Of a DNA stretch of 64,000 nt, positions 20,025 through 30,524 are shown in pieces; positions within the stretch are counted from its first letter, which is position 1, and every line of letters begins with the position of its first letter. The stretch is from positions 3,904,001 through 3,968,000 of the forward strand of contig OZ254086.1 of NCBI GenBank assembly GCA_965267575.1, read 5' to 3'. A program made the position numbers and the translations under genes. Under the pieces are notes generated by a model. It was given only the letters and a program-made list of their open reading frames with translations, did no database searches and was not told the DNA's origin. This stretch comes from Calditrichales bacterium. Lineage in GTDB: Bacteria; Calditrichota; Calditrichia; Calditrichales; J004.

Positions 20025-21720
20025 CCGCTACCTCAAAATCTTTTACCCTAAGTTGAATCGTGGTTTTACCCTGCCAGTTGATTTCTTCAATTACATAGGC
20101 GAAATCGAAGCTGGAATTATTGTCCGACAATATATCAATATATTCGGCCATATTATAGGCAATCGCGTCTATTACCATGCCTGCCTGGCCAAGTTTAAAC
20201 TTCAGATGGTTGCCACCCACACGGACGACGTCTCCGAAGGGCTTTAGGCCGCGCGATACAAACACGGGTCGCATATGATTGGGACCGTATGGCGCCATCA
20301 GCTTTAGCCAATGGAAAAAATTTCCGTCAAAATCACCTAGCTTTATCTCCGCAGAAATATCGAGCGGTGGTTTTTGCTGTGGCACCGGCCCGCTGGCCTG
20401 GGCCAGAATATTTATTTTCTCTCGGAACTGGTCAATATTCTCGGTGGCAATACTCAATCCGGACGCGCAGGCATGGCCGCCATATGAAAGCAGCAGACTC
20501 TCCAACTGCCGGAACGCGTTAAAAATATTAAAATCAATCGTCGAGCGCGCGGAGGCTTTACCAACGCCGTTGCTGGTGGAAATAAGTACCGTGGGGCGAT
20601 TGTATTTTTCAAGCAGGCGGCTGGCTACTATACCTATCACGCCCAGGTGCCAGTTTTCGCGTGCCAGCACAAGGATATGGGTTTTTTCGAGATCCACATG
20701 TTGCTGAATGTATTCGTCCGCTTCCTTAAACGTAAGCTCATCGATATCTTTTCGTTTGCGGTTTTCAACGTTCAGGATCTGGGCAATATTTTTAGCCTGC
20801 TGCGGGCTTACGGATGTGACAAGGTGCACGGCTTTTTTGGCATTGGAAATTCTGCCAACAGCATTGATGCGCGGCGCCAGCACAAACACGATAATACTAA
20901 CGGTTATAGTCTGCCTTGCAACTCCGGCGATCCGCATTAACGCCTCTATTCCGGGGCGTGGGTTGTTGTTGATTTTTTTTAGACCGTGGTGCAGAATGAT
21001 ACGATTCTCGCCCAATACATCGACGATGTCGGCGGCGGTACCGATGGCCACCAGGTCCAGATATTCATGGCTTTTTTCAGGCGGAAAACCCAGAGCGGAG
21101 TTAATGCCCTGCAGAAGCTTGAATGCCACGCCGCATCCGGCCAGCTCGGTATAAGGATACCCAGATTTTTCCAGCTTGGGATTTAAAATGGCATAGGCCG
21201 GCGGCAAGCTATGGGCCACCTGGTGATGGTCGCAGATAATGACGTCGATACCCTTTTCGTTGGCATAGGCAATTTCCTCATTGGCCGTAATACCGCAATC
21301 TACTGTAATTATCAGCCCCACTTTACGCCGCGCTGCGCCATCAATGGCCCGCATAGACAAGCCGTAACCTTCGGTGAGCCGGCTGGGTATATAAAATGAA
21401 ATTTTGCCGCCAAGCCGGTGCAGCGAGTCATACAATACAGAAACACCGGTGACACCGTCAACGTCATAATCGCCATAGATTAGCACCTGCTCGCCATCCT
21501 GCAACGCGTTGATCACACGATCGACGGCTTTATGCATATCACGCATCAAAAAGGGATCGTGTAGGCCCGAAAGCGGACAATCGACAAATTCCCGCAGCCT
21601 GTCCCGGTTGTCGATTCCGCGGTCCACGAGAAGCTTCTCAATAATGGACGGAATGTTTAGACCAGAACCATCCGCTATCGCCCTGGAGACGGAATCCGGC
21701 AAAGTCCAATCATAGTGCAT
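20008..21720 (-). CDS. recJ: ssDNA-specific exonuclease RecJ
   Basis: YGDYDVDG, TVDCG, DHH, GGH motifs; ATG 21720 preferred, GTG 21729 is an alternative start. Confidence 0.96.
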   Translation of the reverse strand: MHYDWTLPDSVSRAIADGSGLNIPSIIEKLLVDRGIDNRDRLREFVDCPLSGLHDPFLMRDMHKAVDRVINALQDGEQVLIYGDYDVDGVTGVSVLYDSLHRLGGKISFYIPSRLTEGYGLSMRAIDGAARRKVGLIITVDCGITANEEIAYANEKGIDVIICDHHQVAHSLPPAYAILNPKLEKSGYPYTELAGCGVAFKLLQGINSALGFPPEKSHEYLDLVAIGTAADIVDVLGENRIILHHGLKKINNNPRPGIEALMRIAGVARQTITVSIIVFVLAPRINAVGRISNAKKAVHLVTSVSPQQAKNIAQILNVENRKRKDIDELTFKEADEYIQQHVDLEKTHILVLARENWHLGVIGIVASRLLEKYNRPTVLISTSNGVGKASARSTIDFNIFNAFRQLESLLLSYGGHACASGLSIATENIDQFREKINILAQASGPVPQQKPPLDISAEIKLGDFDGNFFHWLKLMAPYGPNHMRPVFVSRGLKPFGDVVRVGGNHLKFKLGQAGMVIDAIAYNMAEYIDILSDNNSSFDFAYVIEEINWQGKTTIQLRVKDFEVADGTES

Positions 21721-21734
21721 AAACCACACCTAAA

Positions 21735-22140
<406 letters not shown>

Positions 22141-22152
22141 TTTTTATTTGTT

Positions 22153-22860
22153 TTACTTTTCGTTCCAAACCAGGATGCGTCCGCAAAATTCACATTCATA
22201 TACCGTGTTCATTTTGCGCACTTCCACAACTTTCTGCGGTGGTATCGCGGAAAAACAACCACCGCAATGGCCATCCACAACCGGTGCTATGCCGCGTCCG
22301 TCTCTTGCGTGACGAACCGTTTCGTATGAAGCCAGAACAGATTTTTTAACACTTTTGAGGAGCTTTTCGCGTTCTCCACGCAAACCGGCTTCCTCTTCCG
22401 CCGTTTCAGCCATCCGCTCGTCAAGCTCGGCCCTGTTCTCCTTAAGTTCTTCTTCAAGCGTTTTCAGGTCTGCTTCACCCTCTGTTACGCGGGCCATGGC
22501 TTCTTCAATAATCAGGTTGGATTTTTTTAATTCCGCTTCGCTTTCCTTTAAACTCGCTTGCGCGCTTTCTATTTCCGTTGTAATAGCATCATACTCGCGA
22601 TTTGTTTTAACCTGATACAATTGCTCTTCATATTTTTTCAGTGTGGCGCGGGCTTCTTCGATATTCTTTTCCAGTTCGCGTACACGTTCCTTGTGCGTCT
22701 TTATATCATTTTCCAGCTTTTCCAGTTCCTGCTTTTTGGCCGAAACCTTTTCTTCCAATCCTTCGACTATAAGTGGTAAATCACCACGTTCTTCCAATAA
22801 TTCATCCAGGCGATTGTCAACATCCTGTAACTCAATCAGAGCCTGAAGCGATTTCTGCAC
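22153..22860 (-). CDS. Coiled-coil + C4 zinc-ribbon protein (DUF164/CT398-like)
   Basis: LIELQDVD start, long coiled coil, CGGCF...CEFCGRIL; typical position next to rnpB. Confidence 0.9.
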   Translation of the reverse strand: MQKSLQALIELQDVDNRLDELLEERGDLPLIVEGLEEKVSAKKQELEKLENDIKTHKERVRELEKNIEEARATLKKYEEQLYQVKTNREYDAITTEIESAQASLKESEAELKKSNLIIEEAMARVTEGEADLKTLEEELKENRAELDERMAETAEEEAGLRGEREKLLKSVKKSVLASYETVRHARDGRGIAPVVDGHCGGCFSAIPPQKVVEVRKMNTVYECEFCGRILVWNEK

Positions 22861-22884
22861 GGTTATGCCTCCCGTTTTTGCGAT

Positions 22885-22920
22885 AAAAAAAATGCACCTT
22901 ACGCTTTGTAAGATGCATTT
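22885..22920 (-). terminator. Intrinsic terminator downstream of the tRNA
   Basis: Minus strand AAATGCATCTTAC-AAAGC-GTAAGGTGCATTT followed by a T-run. Confidence 0.7.
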
Positions 22921-23009
22921 CTGTTGTCTTTGTAATTATTTTCTAGAAAAGTTTTTCGATGACCTGCTCCAATCATGAATCGCAGCATACATTCCCTCTT
23001 AAAAATGAG

Positions 23010-23083
23010 TGGGCCCACAGGGACTCGAACCCCGGACCAGCCGATTATGAGTCGGCTGCTCTAACCAACTGAGCTATGGGCCC
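23010..23083 (-). tRNA. tRNA with CAT anticodon, most likely tRNA-Ile2 (lysidine-modified)
   Basis: GGGCCCATAGCTCAGTTGGTTAGAGCAGCCGACTCATAATCGGCTGGTCCGGGGTTCGAGTCCCTGTGGGCCCA forms a cloverleaf; the GACTCATAATC loop resembles Ile2 and the initiator GGG/CCC stem is absent; CCA not encoded. Confidence 0.93.
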
Positions 23084-23126
23084 TTATTTTCGCGAACTTT
23101 TAATTTATGACTTGAGTCACATAAAA

Positions 23127-25139
23127 TCAACCATCCAACAAAGTTATTAATGAGCATTTTGTAATCGAATCGAGGAAAGCTTTAAGCTGAGACCGGGAGA
23201 CAACCAGCACCTTTTTTTTGTTCAGCTCCATTTCGAAGCTCATTATATCTTCTTCAGCGGCCTTTGTGTCCACATATAGATAAAAGCAACCACCCGCCAT
23301 GACAAGCGATTGCGCTGGAATCATCTCAAACCATATGTCCAAGGCATCAAAAAAAAGTGTCTTCAGCTGATCAGGATTGTTTTCCTCATTGCTATAGACA
23401 ATAGCGGTTTTTAAGCCCGCTTCTCCGGGAGACGTCTTTAGAAGCCACTGTAGCATGCCGCGCGACCGACGCACTTCAAAATCAATAGAATCTTCGCGTC
23501 GCATGTTCACGCTGTAAATCCCCTCTTCCAGGCTGATCGCTTCAGGCTTAATGCAATCAACGGATATACTTTTCCTGCTCTCTTTTCTGCGCAGGTTTAT
23601 AAATCTCTGCAATAAATCGTAGCTGTCCCACAACCTGGCATCCAGAACGACACGTCCCGCCGGGATCTCTTCTTCACTTAGCTTTTTACCCGAAACTTCG
23701 AAGTAATTTATGGCATAGCGCGGATCGACTTTTTTCTTTGCAAGATAAAAGACGTGTCTGCCCCGCGCTTCAACAGCAGTGCCCTCAATCGATAAAACCA
23801 GATCACTCTTTTTGTTTATCGTAATCTGAAAACGCTTGCTTTTAAACAAAAACTTAAAGCTATCCGTGCCGATCGTAACGCGAAAATCACGCCACGCTGT
23901 ATCGATCAAAAACTCCGTTTCGCCTGAGGTTATCCGGCAGAATGTTGCCTCTTCCCGGTTTTCCCGCCCCGTGCAAACAACTGAAACATTTCTCTTTTGG
24001 CGGTCAAAATACATATCAGCCGCTTGATTAATACCTATTTCAGGTAATCCCGGAAATCTTATTGAAGCATGTATGCCTTTTTTGCTTTGCCTGCGAACAA
24101 CCTTCAAATCTTCTTTTTGGATCGAATAGAAAGGCGCGTTATGGGGCAGATCATAATGCCTGACAGTGAACCCATTTTTTTGTGCAAATACACCGCAAAG
24201 TTTTTGTAAAAAGGAAATCAACCGCCAGCCATCTGCATAATCTTTCCCGTGCTCTTTCAGCAAATATTTCTCAATTTTTACGGACAAAACATCTTCCCAC
24301 CAAAAGCCGTGATATAACGCGCCCAAATAAAAGGACATTATATCCAAAGGATGTTGCCGCAAAAGACCGGTGAGTTTGTTGGCGAGCAAAGGCTGCGAAA
24401 GAACGTTCCAGTTTTGTTGAATTTCCGAACGCGCGAGAGCGTCTAACCGGCCGGCTTTAAATGCTTTAAAATAGCCCGTCTTTGGCGCATTGCCCTTCCA
24501 TTGTGCAGATATTTCCAAAATACAATCACGCCAGAAAACGAAAAAGCGCACTATGTTGTCGTCTGAATTATTTTCGAATAGACGGACACAGTTGAACCAT
24601 ATGTCATCAATTTGCTTTACGAGGACACCCGGTAAACGGAAATTGGCAAGAACATGCTGCCCGCGACGTTGTTCCACCTTGTTCAGGATAAAAAGCACCG
24701 GCTCTTCCGCCGGCTCCTCTGCGCTTATCCATAGTTGAGCGCCGTCAGCTTTCAGATTGCCTGTCTGTTTCACCCAGCCACCATCTTTAAAAACAAAAAC
24801 ACCGTTATCCGGTTTAGTTGTGACACGCAAGGGAAACAGCGCATCACCGCACTGAAAGCAGATAAGCTGCTTCTGGAGGTCAAAGCAAAACAAAGAAGTG
24901 CTGGAATCGCGCAGCGCAGAAACGGTAAAATCGGTTTGCGGAATACGCCAGGTTGAGATTGTTAACGGCTCTTGGGAGCTGGTGCTTATTTCAAGTGTAT
25001 GCTGTAGAAACTTTAGATAGTAACGGTCCCTTAGGCGCTCGAAATCCGCGGACAGATCAATAATGTAGTCCTCAATAGATGCACCGCTAAACAAGCGCGC
25101 TAGGAAATTCCGGATATGGTTATATGAAGACAATGACAT
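23127..25139 (-). CDS. Hypothetical protein (670 aa)
   Basis: Long open frame on the same strand as its neighbours; no recognisable motif. Confidence 0.7.
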   Translation of the reverse strand: MSLSSYNHIRNFLARLFSGASIEDYIIDLSADFERLRDRYYLKFLQHTLEISTSSQEPLTISTWRIPQTDFTVSALRDSSTSLFCFDLQKQLICFQCGDALFPLRVTTKPDNGVFVFKDGGWVKQTGNLKADGAQLWISAEEPAEEPVLFILNKVEQRRGQHVLANFRLPGVLVKQIDDIWFNCVRLFENNSDDNIVRFFVFWRDCILEISAQWKGNAPKTGYFKAFKAGRLDALARSEIQQNWNVLSQPLLANKLTGLLRQHPLDIMSFYLGALYHGFWWEDVLSVKIEKYLLKEHGKDYADGWRLISFLQKLCGVFAQKNGFTVRHYDLPHNAPFYSIQKEDLKVVRRQSKKGIHASIRFPGLPEIGINQAADMYFDRQKRNVSVVCTGRENREEATFCRITSGETEFLIDTAWRDFRVTIGTDSFKFLFKSKRFQITINKKSDLVLSIEGTAVEARGRHVFYLAKKKVDPRYAINYFEVSGKKLSEEEIPAGRVVLDARLWDSYDLLQRFINLRRKESRKSISVDCIKPEAISLEEGIYSVNMRREDSIDFEVRRSRGMLQWLLKTSPGEAGLKTAIVYSNEENNPDQLKTLFFDALDIWFEMIPAQSLVMAGGCFYLYVDTKAAEEDIMSFEMELNKKKVLVVSRSQLKAFLDSITKCSLITLLDG

Positions 25140-25150
25140 CCCGTTTATAC

Positions 25151-25173
25151 AAAAAAGGCCGGTAAAACCGGCC
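25151..25173 (-). terminator. Intrinsic terminator after rseP
   Basis: GGCCGGT-AAA-ACCGGCC hairpin with a 6-T tail on the minus strand. Confidence 0.75.
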
Positions 25174-25194
25174 TGCGTTTAAAAGGTTGGAATT

Positions 25195-26514
25195 CTAAAA
25201 AAACCGATTGATGTCAATATACAATACAAAAATAATAAAAGTAAGCAGCAAGGCCATACCAACCTGTTGAATTATCAGCCTTGTGCGGATAGAGAGCGGA
25301 CGTCCCATTATACCCTCAGCTATGAGGAAGGCAAGGTGCCCTCCATCCAATGCAGGTATGGGCAGAATATTAAAAAAGGCCAGTACCGTGCTAAGGGCCG
25401 CAATCAGACTCCAGAATTGTATCCAGCCTGCCCTTGCGGCGTCACCGGCCATTTTAGCGATCATTACGGGGCCGCCGATTGTTTCCGTGGCTGTTTTCTT
25501 GCCGGATATCCACCACCACATGCCTTTGATATTCAAATACATGATAACAAACGGCTGCGTAATACCTACTTCCGCGGCACGGGCAAAGGAAATATCCTTG
25601 CGTTCTATAAAGGGCCTGATTCCAATGATACCATATGAACTTTCAGTACCGCTTTCGTCAACGTTGTTGTAGGTAATCGGCTTTATGGTCGATTCCATCT
25701 GCTGACCGTTGCGCTGCCATGCTATGCTGATTTCTTCACCCGGGTGGGCGCGAATGATCTCGGACATTTCATCCCAGGTATTTACGGGCTTTCCTGTAAT
25801 GGAAACGATCCTGTCCCCGTCTTGCAGCCCCACTTCAGCGGCGGGCATATCCGGGGAAACGTCACCAACACGTGCCGGCATAAGCGGTCTTATGTCCAGC
25901 AATTCGCCCTTTTCTTCGCTGAGCCACTCACCTTTGTAGGTAAGCTGCATTTGTTGACCATCACGCACTATATCAAAGCGTACGTCATCTTCAATATGCT
26001 CAAAAAAGGTCACCGGGATGTCATTCCATTCATCAACTTTTTCACCGTTGATGGCCAGAATTTCATCGCCGCTTTGCAGCCCGATTTTTTCAGCAACCCC
26101 GCTTTCGCCCGAAACGGTAATCGTCGTTGTGCTGTTAACAACCTCGCCTTGTGAAAAGCTTAAAAAGGTATATATCACTACAGCCAGGATAAAATTCATG
26201 ATCACACCGGCTGTAATGATCACCATCCGCTTCCAAACGGGTTTCGAGCTGTATTCATCATCGGCGCCGGTTTCCTTGGTATCCATGCTTTCATCCACAA
26301 AACCGGCCATTTTCACATAACCACCCAAGGGAATCGCCGAAAGGCAAAATTCGGTATCACCTATTTTTCTGCTATATAAAACAGGGGGGAAACCGATCGA
26401 GAAACGCTCTACGCGTACACCCATCCAACGGGCAGCAAGAAAGTGTCCAAGTTCATGAATGAGAACCAGCAGGCCAAAGACAAAAATAATGGCGAGAATA
26501 TTTATCAAAGACAT
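25195..26514 (-). CDS. rseP: RIP metalloprotease RseP (two PDZ domains)
   Basis: HELGH, FSIGF, AIPLGGYVKM, NILPIPALDGG. Confidence 0.97.
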   Translation of the reverse strand: MSLINILAIIFVFGLLVLIHELGHFLAARWMGVRVERFSIGFPPVLYSRKIGDTEFCLSAIPLGGYVKMAGFVDESMDTKETGADDEYSSKPVWKRMVIITAGVIMNFILAVVIYTFLSFSQGEVVNSTTTITVSGESGVAEKIGLQSGDEILAINGEKVDEWNDIPVTFFEHIEDDVRFDIVRDGQQMQLTYKGEWLSEEKGELLDIRPLMPARVGDVSPDMPAAEVGLQDGDRIVSITGKPVNTWDEMSEIIRAHPGEEISIAWQRNGQQMESTIKPITYNNVDESGTESSYGIIGIRPFIERKDISFARAAEVGITQPFVIMYLNIKGMWWWISGKKTATETIGGPVMIAKMAGDAARAGWIQFWSLIAALSTVLAFFNILPIPALDGGHLAFLIAEGIMGRPLSIRTRLIIQQVGMALLLTFIIFVLYIDINRFF

Positions 26515-26581
26515 TTATTGCTTCCAGAAATTTGAACCAACTTCGCTAACGAAATCGCTCTGTTTTTTGTTTCAGATTTGC

Positions 26582-26610
26582 AAAAAAGGACAACCCCAAA
26601 GGATTGTCCC
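26582..26610 (-). terminator. Probable intrinsic terminator
   Basis: AAAAAAGGACAA-CCCCAAAGGA-TTGTCC hairpin downstream of the OMP gene. Confidence 0.55.
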
Positions 26611-26636
26611 CATATTTTATATGTAATTAGTCAAGC

Positions 26637-27461
26637 CTATATGGAGATGCCGTAACCGACGGCGACAAATAGATTGCTTCCGCGGCCACCCACTTCAGCA
26701 CGAAGTCCAAAGGCAGTAAGGCCCAGCGCGTAGCGGAATCCATTGCTGTCTATATCACCCGATTTCTTTTCTTCCACAGCCTGGCCATTGCTTAATACAG
26801 CGTTGTTCCAGTCCAGCGTCGTGGTGCCGGTTTCGACTGCCAGTTTACCATATACACGTGCAACAATAAGATCGTAGCTAAGAAGAGCTCCGAAATTCAC
26901 GGCACTCATGCCAAGATTAATGCCTGTGCTGACCGTGCCGTCGTTCGTGCCATTATTATCCACATCCACAACCTGTTCCTTGCTGACGCCAAAATCCTGC
27001 GTATTGTATTCAACAAATACAGCGGTGGCCGGAAAAGCAGGCACCGGAATCAGGTCGGTCAATTCATATTTCAATCCAAAGCCCAGTGCTTTCAGGCTGG
27101 CGTCAAACAGTTCGGATTCCGGGAAAAAGCGTCCATAAGCTTCAAATCCCGCCGTACCAAAGCCAACCTGTACGCCAAGACCGGAAGGAGCGAAACCATC
27201 TTCAGCAAGACCCAGGTTTTCATTTTTGCTGAATTGTCCCAGCCCAAGGAAGACACCGGCGCTGATTCGAAAAACCGACGGCGCGCTGGCATCGGTCCAG
27301 GTAAGAGCGTTCATACCGGCATAAATACTATTGTTAAAGTCTTCAAAATCGCCTTTAAAGGCATCGATATCCTGGTACCGGGTTAAATCGAGATCCTGTT
27401 GTGCGGAAAGGGGTGCTAAACCTAATAGCAAAACAAGTAAACTCAGTAGAAATTTGCGCAT
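26637..27461 (-). CDS. Putative outer-membrane beta-barrel protein
   Basis: Signal peptide, alternating amphipathic strands, C-terminal VAVGYGISI strand. Confidence 0.65.
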   Translation of the reverse strand: MRKFLLSLLVLLLGLAPLSAQQDLDLTRYQDIDAFKGDFEDFNNSIYAGMNALTWTDASAPSVFRISAGVFLGLGQFSKNENLGLAEDGFAPSGLGVQVGFGTAGFEAYGRFFPESELFDASLKALGFGLKYELTDLIPVPAFPATAVFVEYNTQDFGVSKEQVVDVDNNGTNDGTVSTGINLGMSAVNFGALLSYDLIVARVYGKLAVETGTTTLDWNNAVLSNGQAVEEKKSGDIDSNGFRYALGLTAFGLRAEVGGRGSNLFVAVGYGISI

Positions 27462-27529
27462 GGTAGATTCTCCTTATCTGTAAGAGTTAATTCGTTCAAT
27501 ATACTGCCTGCCAACCAAAAGGCGCAAGC

Positions 27530-28327
27530 CTAATGGCCCACAATAAAGGCCCCCTTTTCCTGACCTGCGCCGGATAATTCGGCTTTGTCCGGATAACGGT
27601 AAACAATTTCATCAAAATCGTACTGCAGAACATCGAGCAGTTTTTCCGCAATACGAACGGGATTGAGCGGCCCGGGCTTTATCTCATCCAGTACGATCGA
27701 CTTCTCGCGCAGAAACCGGCCCTGCTTTTCTCTCTCTGCTGGCGACAAATGCAGAAGATCCGTTATGGCGTATTGCGCTTCTCCGATCAACACGGAGCCA
27801 TGCTGCAACAACGAGGCGCGATACAGCTTTTGGGCGCTGCCGACCACCTTGCGGCCGTTGAATTGTATTTCGCTTTTGGCCGCCCGGTTAAAACAGGCGA
27901 ACGTGTCCGTTCCTTTGTTCAGATAATTGCTGTCGCCGCCGGTTTCATTCAAATGAACGTTATAGCCGAGAAGATTTAAAGCGGCCGCAAGCCGCCGGTG
28001 TAAAAAAGAATATATCTCATGATGCTTTACGGCCTTACCCGGTATAATAAGGCTATAGGTAAGTTCGTCGGCATGCAGAATGGCGCTGCCGCCCGTAGGA
28101 CGGCGGACGCAATAAAAGCCGGTCTCTTTCAGCGCGGAGAAATCGATTTCAGTGGGATCCTGGTGTTTTCCCAGGGAAAGGGTCCAGGGTGACCAGCCAT
28201 AAAAGCGCAAAATTGGGTCGTCCGTTTCGGCAATATTGCGGGCAAGAAAATAGTCCAGCGCCATATTAAATGCGCCGTTAAAACTTTCGTATGGCATAAC
28301 CCGCAACCGGGAAAAAGGCAACTTCAT
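27530..28327 (-). CDS. Lipoate-protein ligase A / LipM-like octanoyltransferase family protein
   Basis: NMALD, LRFYGW, SLG, VRRPTGG.A..H, CF, KVVGSAQ, LQHGS. Confidence 0.9.
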   Translation of the reverse strand: MKLPFSRLRVMPYESFNGAFNMALDYFLARNIAETDDPILRFYGWSPWTLSLGKHQDPTEIDFSALKETGFYCVRRPTGGSAILHADELTYSLIIPGKAVKHHEIYSFLHRRLAAALNLLGYNVHLNETGGDSNYLNKGTDTFACFNRAAKSEIQFNGRKVVGSAQKLYRASLLQHGSVLIGEAQYAITDLLHLSPAEREKQGRFLREKSIVLDEIKPGPLNPVRIAEKLLDVLQYDFDEIVYRYPDKAELSGAGQEKGAFIVGH

Positions 28328-28328
28328 C

Positions 28329-29105
28329 TTAGCGGATGATACCTCTTTCCGCAGACTTCAGAAAATTAATCAGGTCGGTTACTTCCGGCAGGTTATTGTC
28401 TCCGCTTTCAAGGATTTCTATGGCCCTTTTCACGGTATGGTTCTGGCGATACAATACACGGTATGCCTGGCTTAAGGCTTCCAGTGATTCGGCCGAAAAA
28501 CCGCGTCTCTGCAGCCCGATTCGGTTTAAGCCGGCAAAACGGGTTGGTTCGCCCATGGCTAATATATATGGCGGGATATCTTTTTTAACTTTCTGCATAC
28601 CGCCTATAAAAGCATGCCTGCCGATTTTCACAAACTGGTGGACCGCCGTCAAACCGCCAATACCCACATTACTTTCAATGATTACATGTCCGGCGAGGTT
28701 AACGGAGTTTGCCAAAACAACATTATCACCAATCTGGCAATCGTGAGCGACGTGCGAATAAGCCATAAGCAGGCAATTACTGCCAACGCGCGTGTAATAA
28801 GAGTGTGTCGTAGCTCGATTTAAGGTGGCATATTCGCGGATAGTCGTTTTTTCCCCGACTTCCAGAAATGTCGGTTCTTCATCAACAAATTTCAGGTCCT
28901 GCGGTTCACTGCCCAGCACGGCGCCCTGGAAAACGCGGCAGCCTGCTCCAAGCCGCGTGCCCGATGCAATACGCACATGGGCGCCAATCTGACAACCATC
29001 CCCGATGACAACATTCTCCTCGATTATGCTAAAAGGTCCAACATCAACATTGGCGCCTAAGTCGGCTTTCGGACTAACCAGTGCTTTGGAATCTATTGTG
29101 GCCAT
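28329..29105 (-). CDS. lpxA: UDP-N-acetylglucosamine acyltransferase
   Basis: Hexapeptide repeats, PQDLKF, IREYATLNRAT, HVAHDC, HQF. Confidence 0.97.
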   Translation of the reverse strand: MATIDSKALVSPKADLGANVDVGPFSIIEENVVIGDGCQIGAHVRIASGTRLGAGCRVFQGAVLGSEPQDLKFVDEEPTFLEVGEKTTIREYATLNRATTHSYYTRVGSNCLLMAYSHVAHDCQIGDNVVLANSVNLAGHVIIESNVGIGGLTAVHQFVKIGRHAFIGGMQKVKKDIPPYILAMGEPTRFAGLNRIGLQRRGFSAESLEALSQAYRVLYRQNHTVKRAIEILESGDNNLPEVTDLINFLKSAERGIIR

Positions 29106-29114
29106 CTGTGCTCC

Positions 29115-30524
29115 TTATTTATCAACGATGGCTGCCATCATTTCGGCTTCGCACACCAGGTTGCCTTTAACATAAGCCTTACCCGCCATTCGGAAGGTGT
29201 TGCGTCGCGCTTTAATCATTTCAAGTTCCATCACAAGCTGATCGCCGGGCTGGACGGGTTTGCGAAATTTGACCCCGTCTATACCCATAAAGAATACAAG
29301 CTTATCTTCCACATCATCCTGTTCATTCAGCAGCAGAACACCGCCAACCTGCGCCATGGCTTCAACGATCAGGACTCCCGGCATAACAGGCCTTCCCGGA
29401 AAATGTCCCTGAAAGAAGTGCTCATTGACGGTCACATTTTTTACGCCAACAGCTTTTTTCTCCGGCTCCAGCTCGATGATATTATCCACCAGTAAAAAGG
29501 GGTACCTGTGGGGCAAAATTTTCTTTATGGCGTTGATATCAAATACAACGCCTTTTTTACTTACATCCTGGTATTTGCGTGTCAGTCTCTGTTTTTTATA
29601 TAAAGCGCGTATCATCCGCGCAAATTCGATGTTGCTTTTGTGGCCGGGCCGTGCAGCGAGGATCTGAGCTTTAATGTTTACGCCGACAAGAGCCAGGTCA
29701 CCCATAAGGTCCAGCAGCTTATGGCGGCAAGGTTCGTTCTTAAAGCGTAGTTGTTTGTTGTTCAGGATTCCGTTTTCGCCAAGGATAACGTCATCGGAAA
29801 CCTCGAAAAGCTTGCGAAGCCGCTTAAAGTCGTCATCGGAGAGTTTGCGGTCCACGATCACAACAGCCGATTCCAAATCGCCGCCTTTGATAAGGCCCTG
29901 CTCTGCCAGCAACTCCACTTCATGCAGAAAGCAAAACGTTCGCGCCGGCGCAAAGTCTGTTATAAATTCATCACGCAGGTTAAACAAACCGGTATGCTGG
30001 CTGCCCAAAGCAGGATTGTTGTAGTCAATCATCACCGTAAGACGGTAATCGTCTGTTGGCAAGGCGACCAGCTCAATACCCTTTTTGTCTTCACGGAACG
30101 TCATCGTTTCATCAATGACAACGAATTCCCTTTCCGCCTCCTGCTCCTCGATGCCCGCCTCCTGCAGCAGCTCAACAAAAGGCATGGCCGAGCCGTCGCC
30201 GATGGGCGGTTCATTGGAATTCAGCTCAATGCGAACGTTGTCAATTTCCAGCCCGACCAGCGCGGCAAGAACGTGTTCAACCGTATGTACTTCCACGCTG
30301 TCAACTTTAAGCGTGGTACCACGCAGGCTGTCTACCGATTCGTTGGGTTCCACGTTATCAACAATCGCCTCAATCTCCGGCGCATTATCAATATCCACAC
30401 GCACAAAACGGCGGCCGTAATTTTCCGGGGCCGGCTTAAACGTAATCTTGCTGGTGTTACCCGTGTGTAAACCGCGCCCGGCAAAGGACACGGTTTTTTT
30501 AATCGTTGCCTGTTTCGCTCTCAT
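29115..30524 (-). CDS. lpxC: Bifunctional LpxC/FabZ
   Basis: GRGLHTG, TVEHVLAAL, ARTF, HKLLDLMGDL, then LPHRYPFLLVD, FFQGHFP, PGVLIVEAMAQ. Confidence 0.97.
   Translation of the reverse strand: MRAKQATIKKTVSFAGRGLHTGNTSKITFKPAPENYGRRFVRVDIDNAPEIEAIVDNVEPNESVDSLRGTTLKVDSVEVHTVEHVLAALVGLEIDNVRIELNSNEPPIGDGSAMPFVELLQEAGIEEQEAEREFVVIDETMTFREDKKGIELVALPTDDYRLTVMIDYNNPALGSQHTGLFNLRDEFITDFAPARTFCFLHEVELLAEQGLIKGGDLESAVVIVDRKLSDDDFKRLRKLFEVSDDVILGENGILNNKQLRFKNEPCRHKLLDLMGDLALVGVNIKAQILAARPGHKSNIEFARMIRALYKKQRLTRKYQDVSKKGVVFDINAIKKILPHRYPFLLVDNIIELEPEKKAVGVKNVTVNEHFFQGHFPGRPVMPGVLIVEAMAQVGGVLLLNEQDDVEDKLVFFMGIDGVKFRKPVQPGDQLVMELEMIKARRNTFRMAGKAYVKGNLVCEAEMMAAIVDK

Noticed and set aside
23010..25139. 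Possible genomic island at the tRNA
   Set aside because: No integrase or duplicated tRNA 3' end seen; the unknown ORF is on the 5' side of the tRNA
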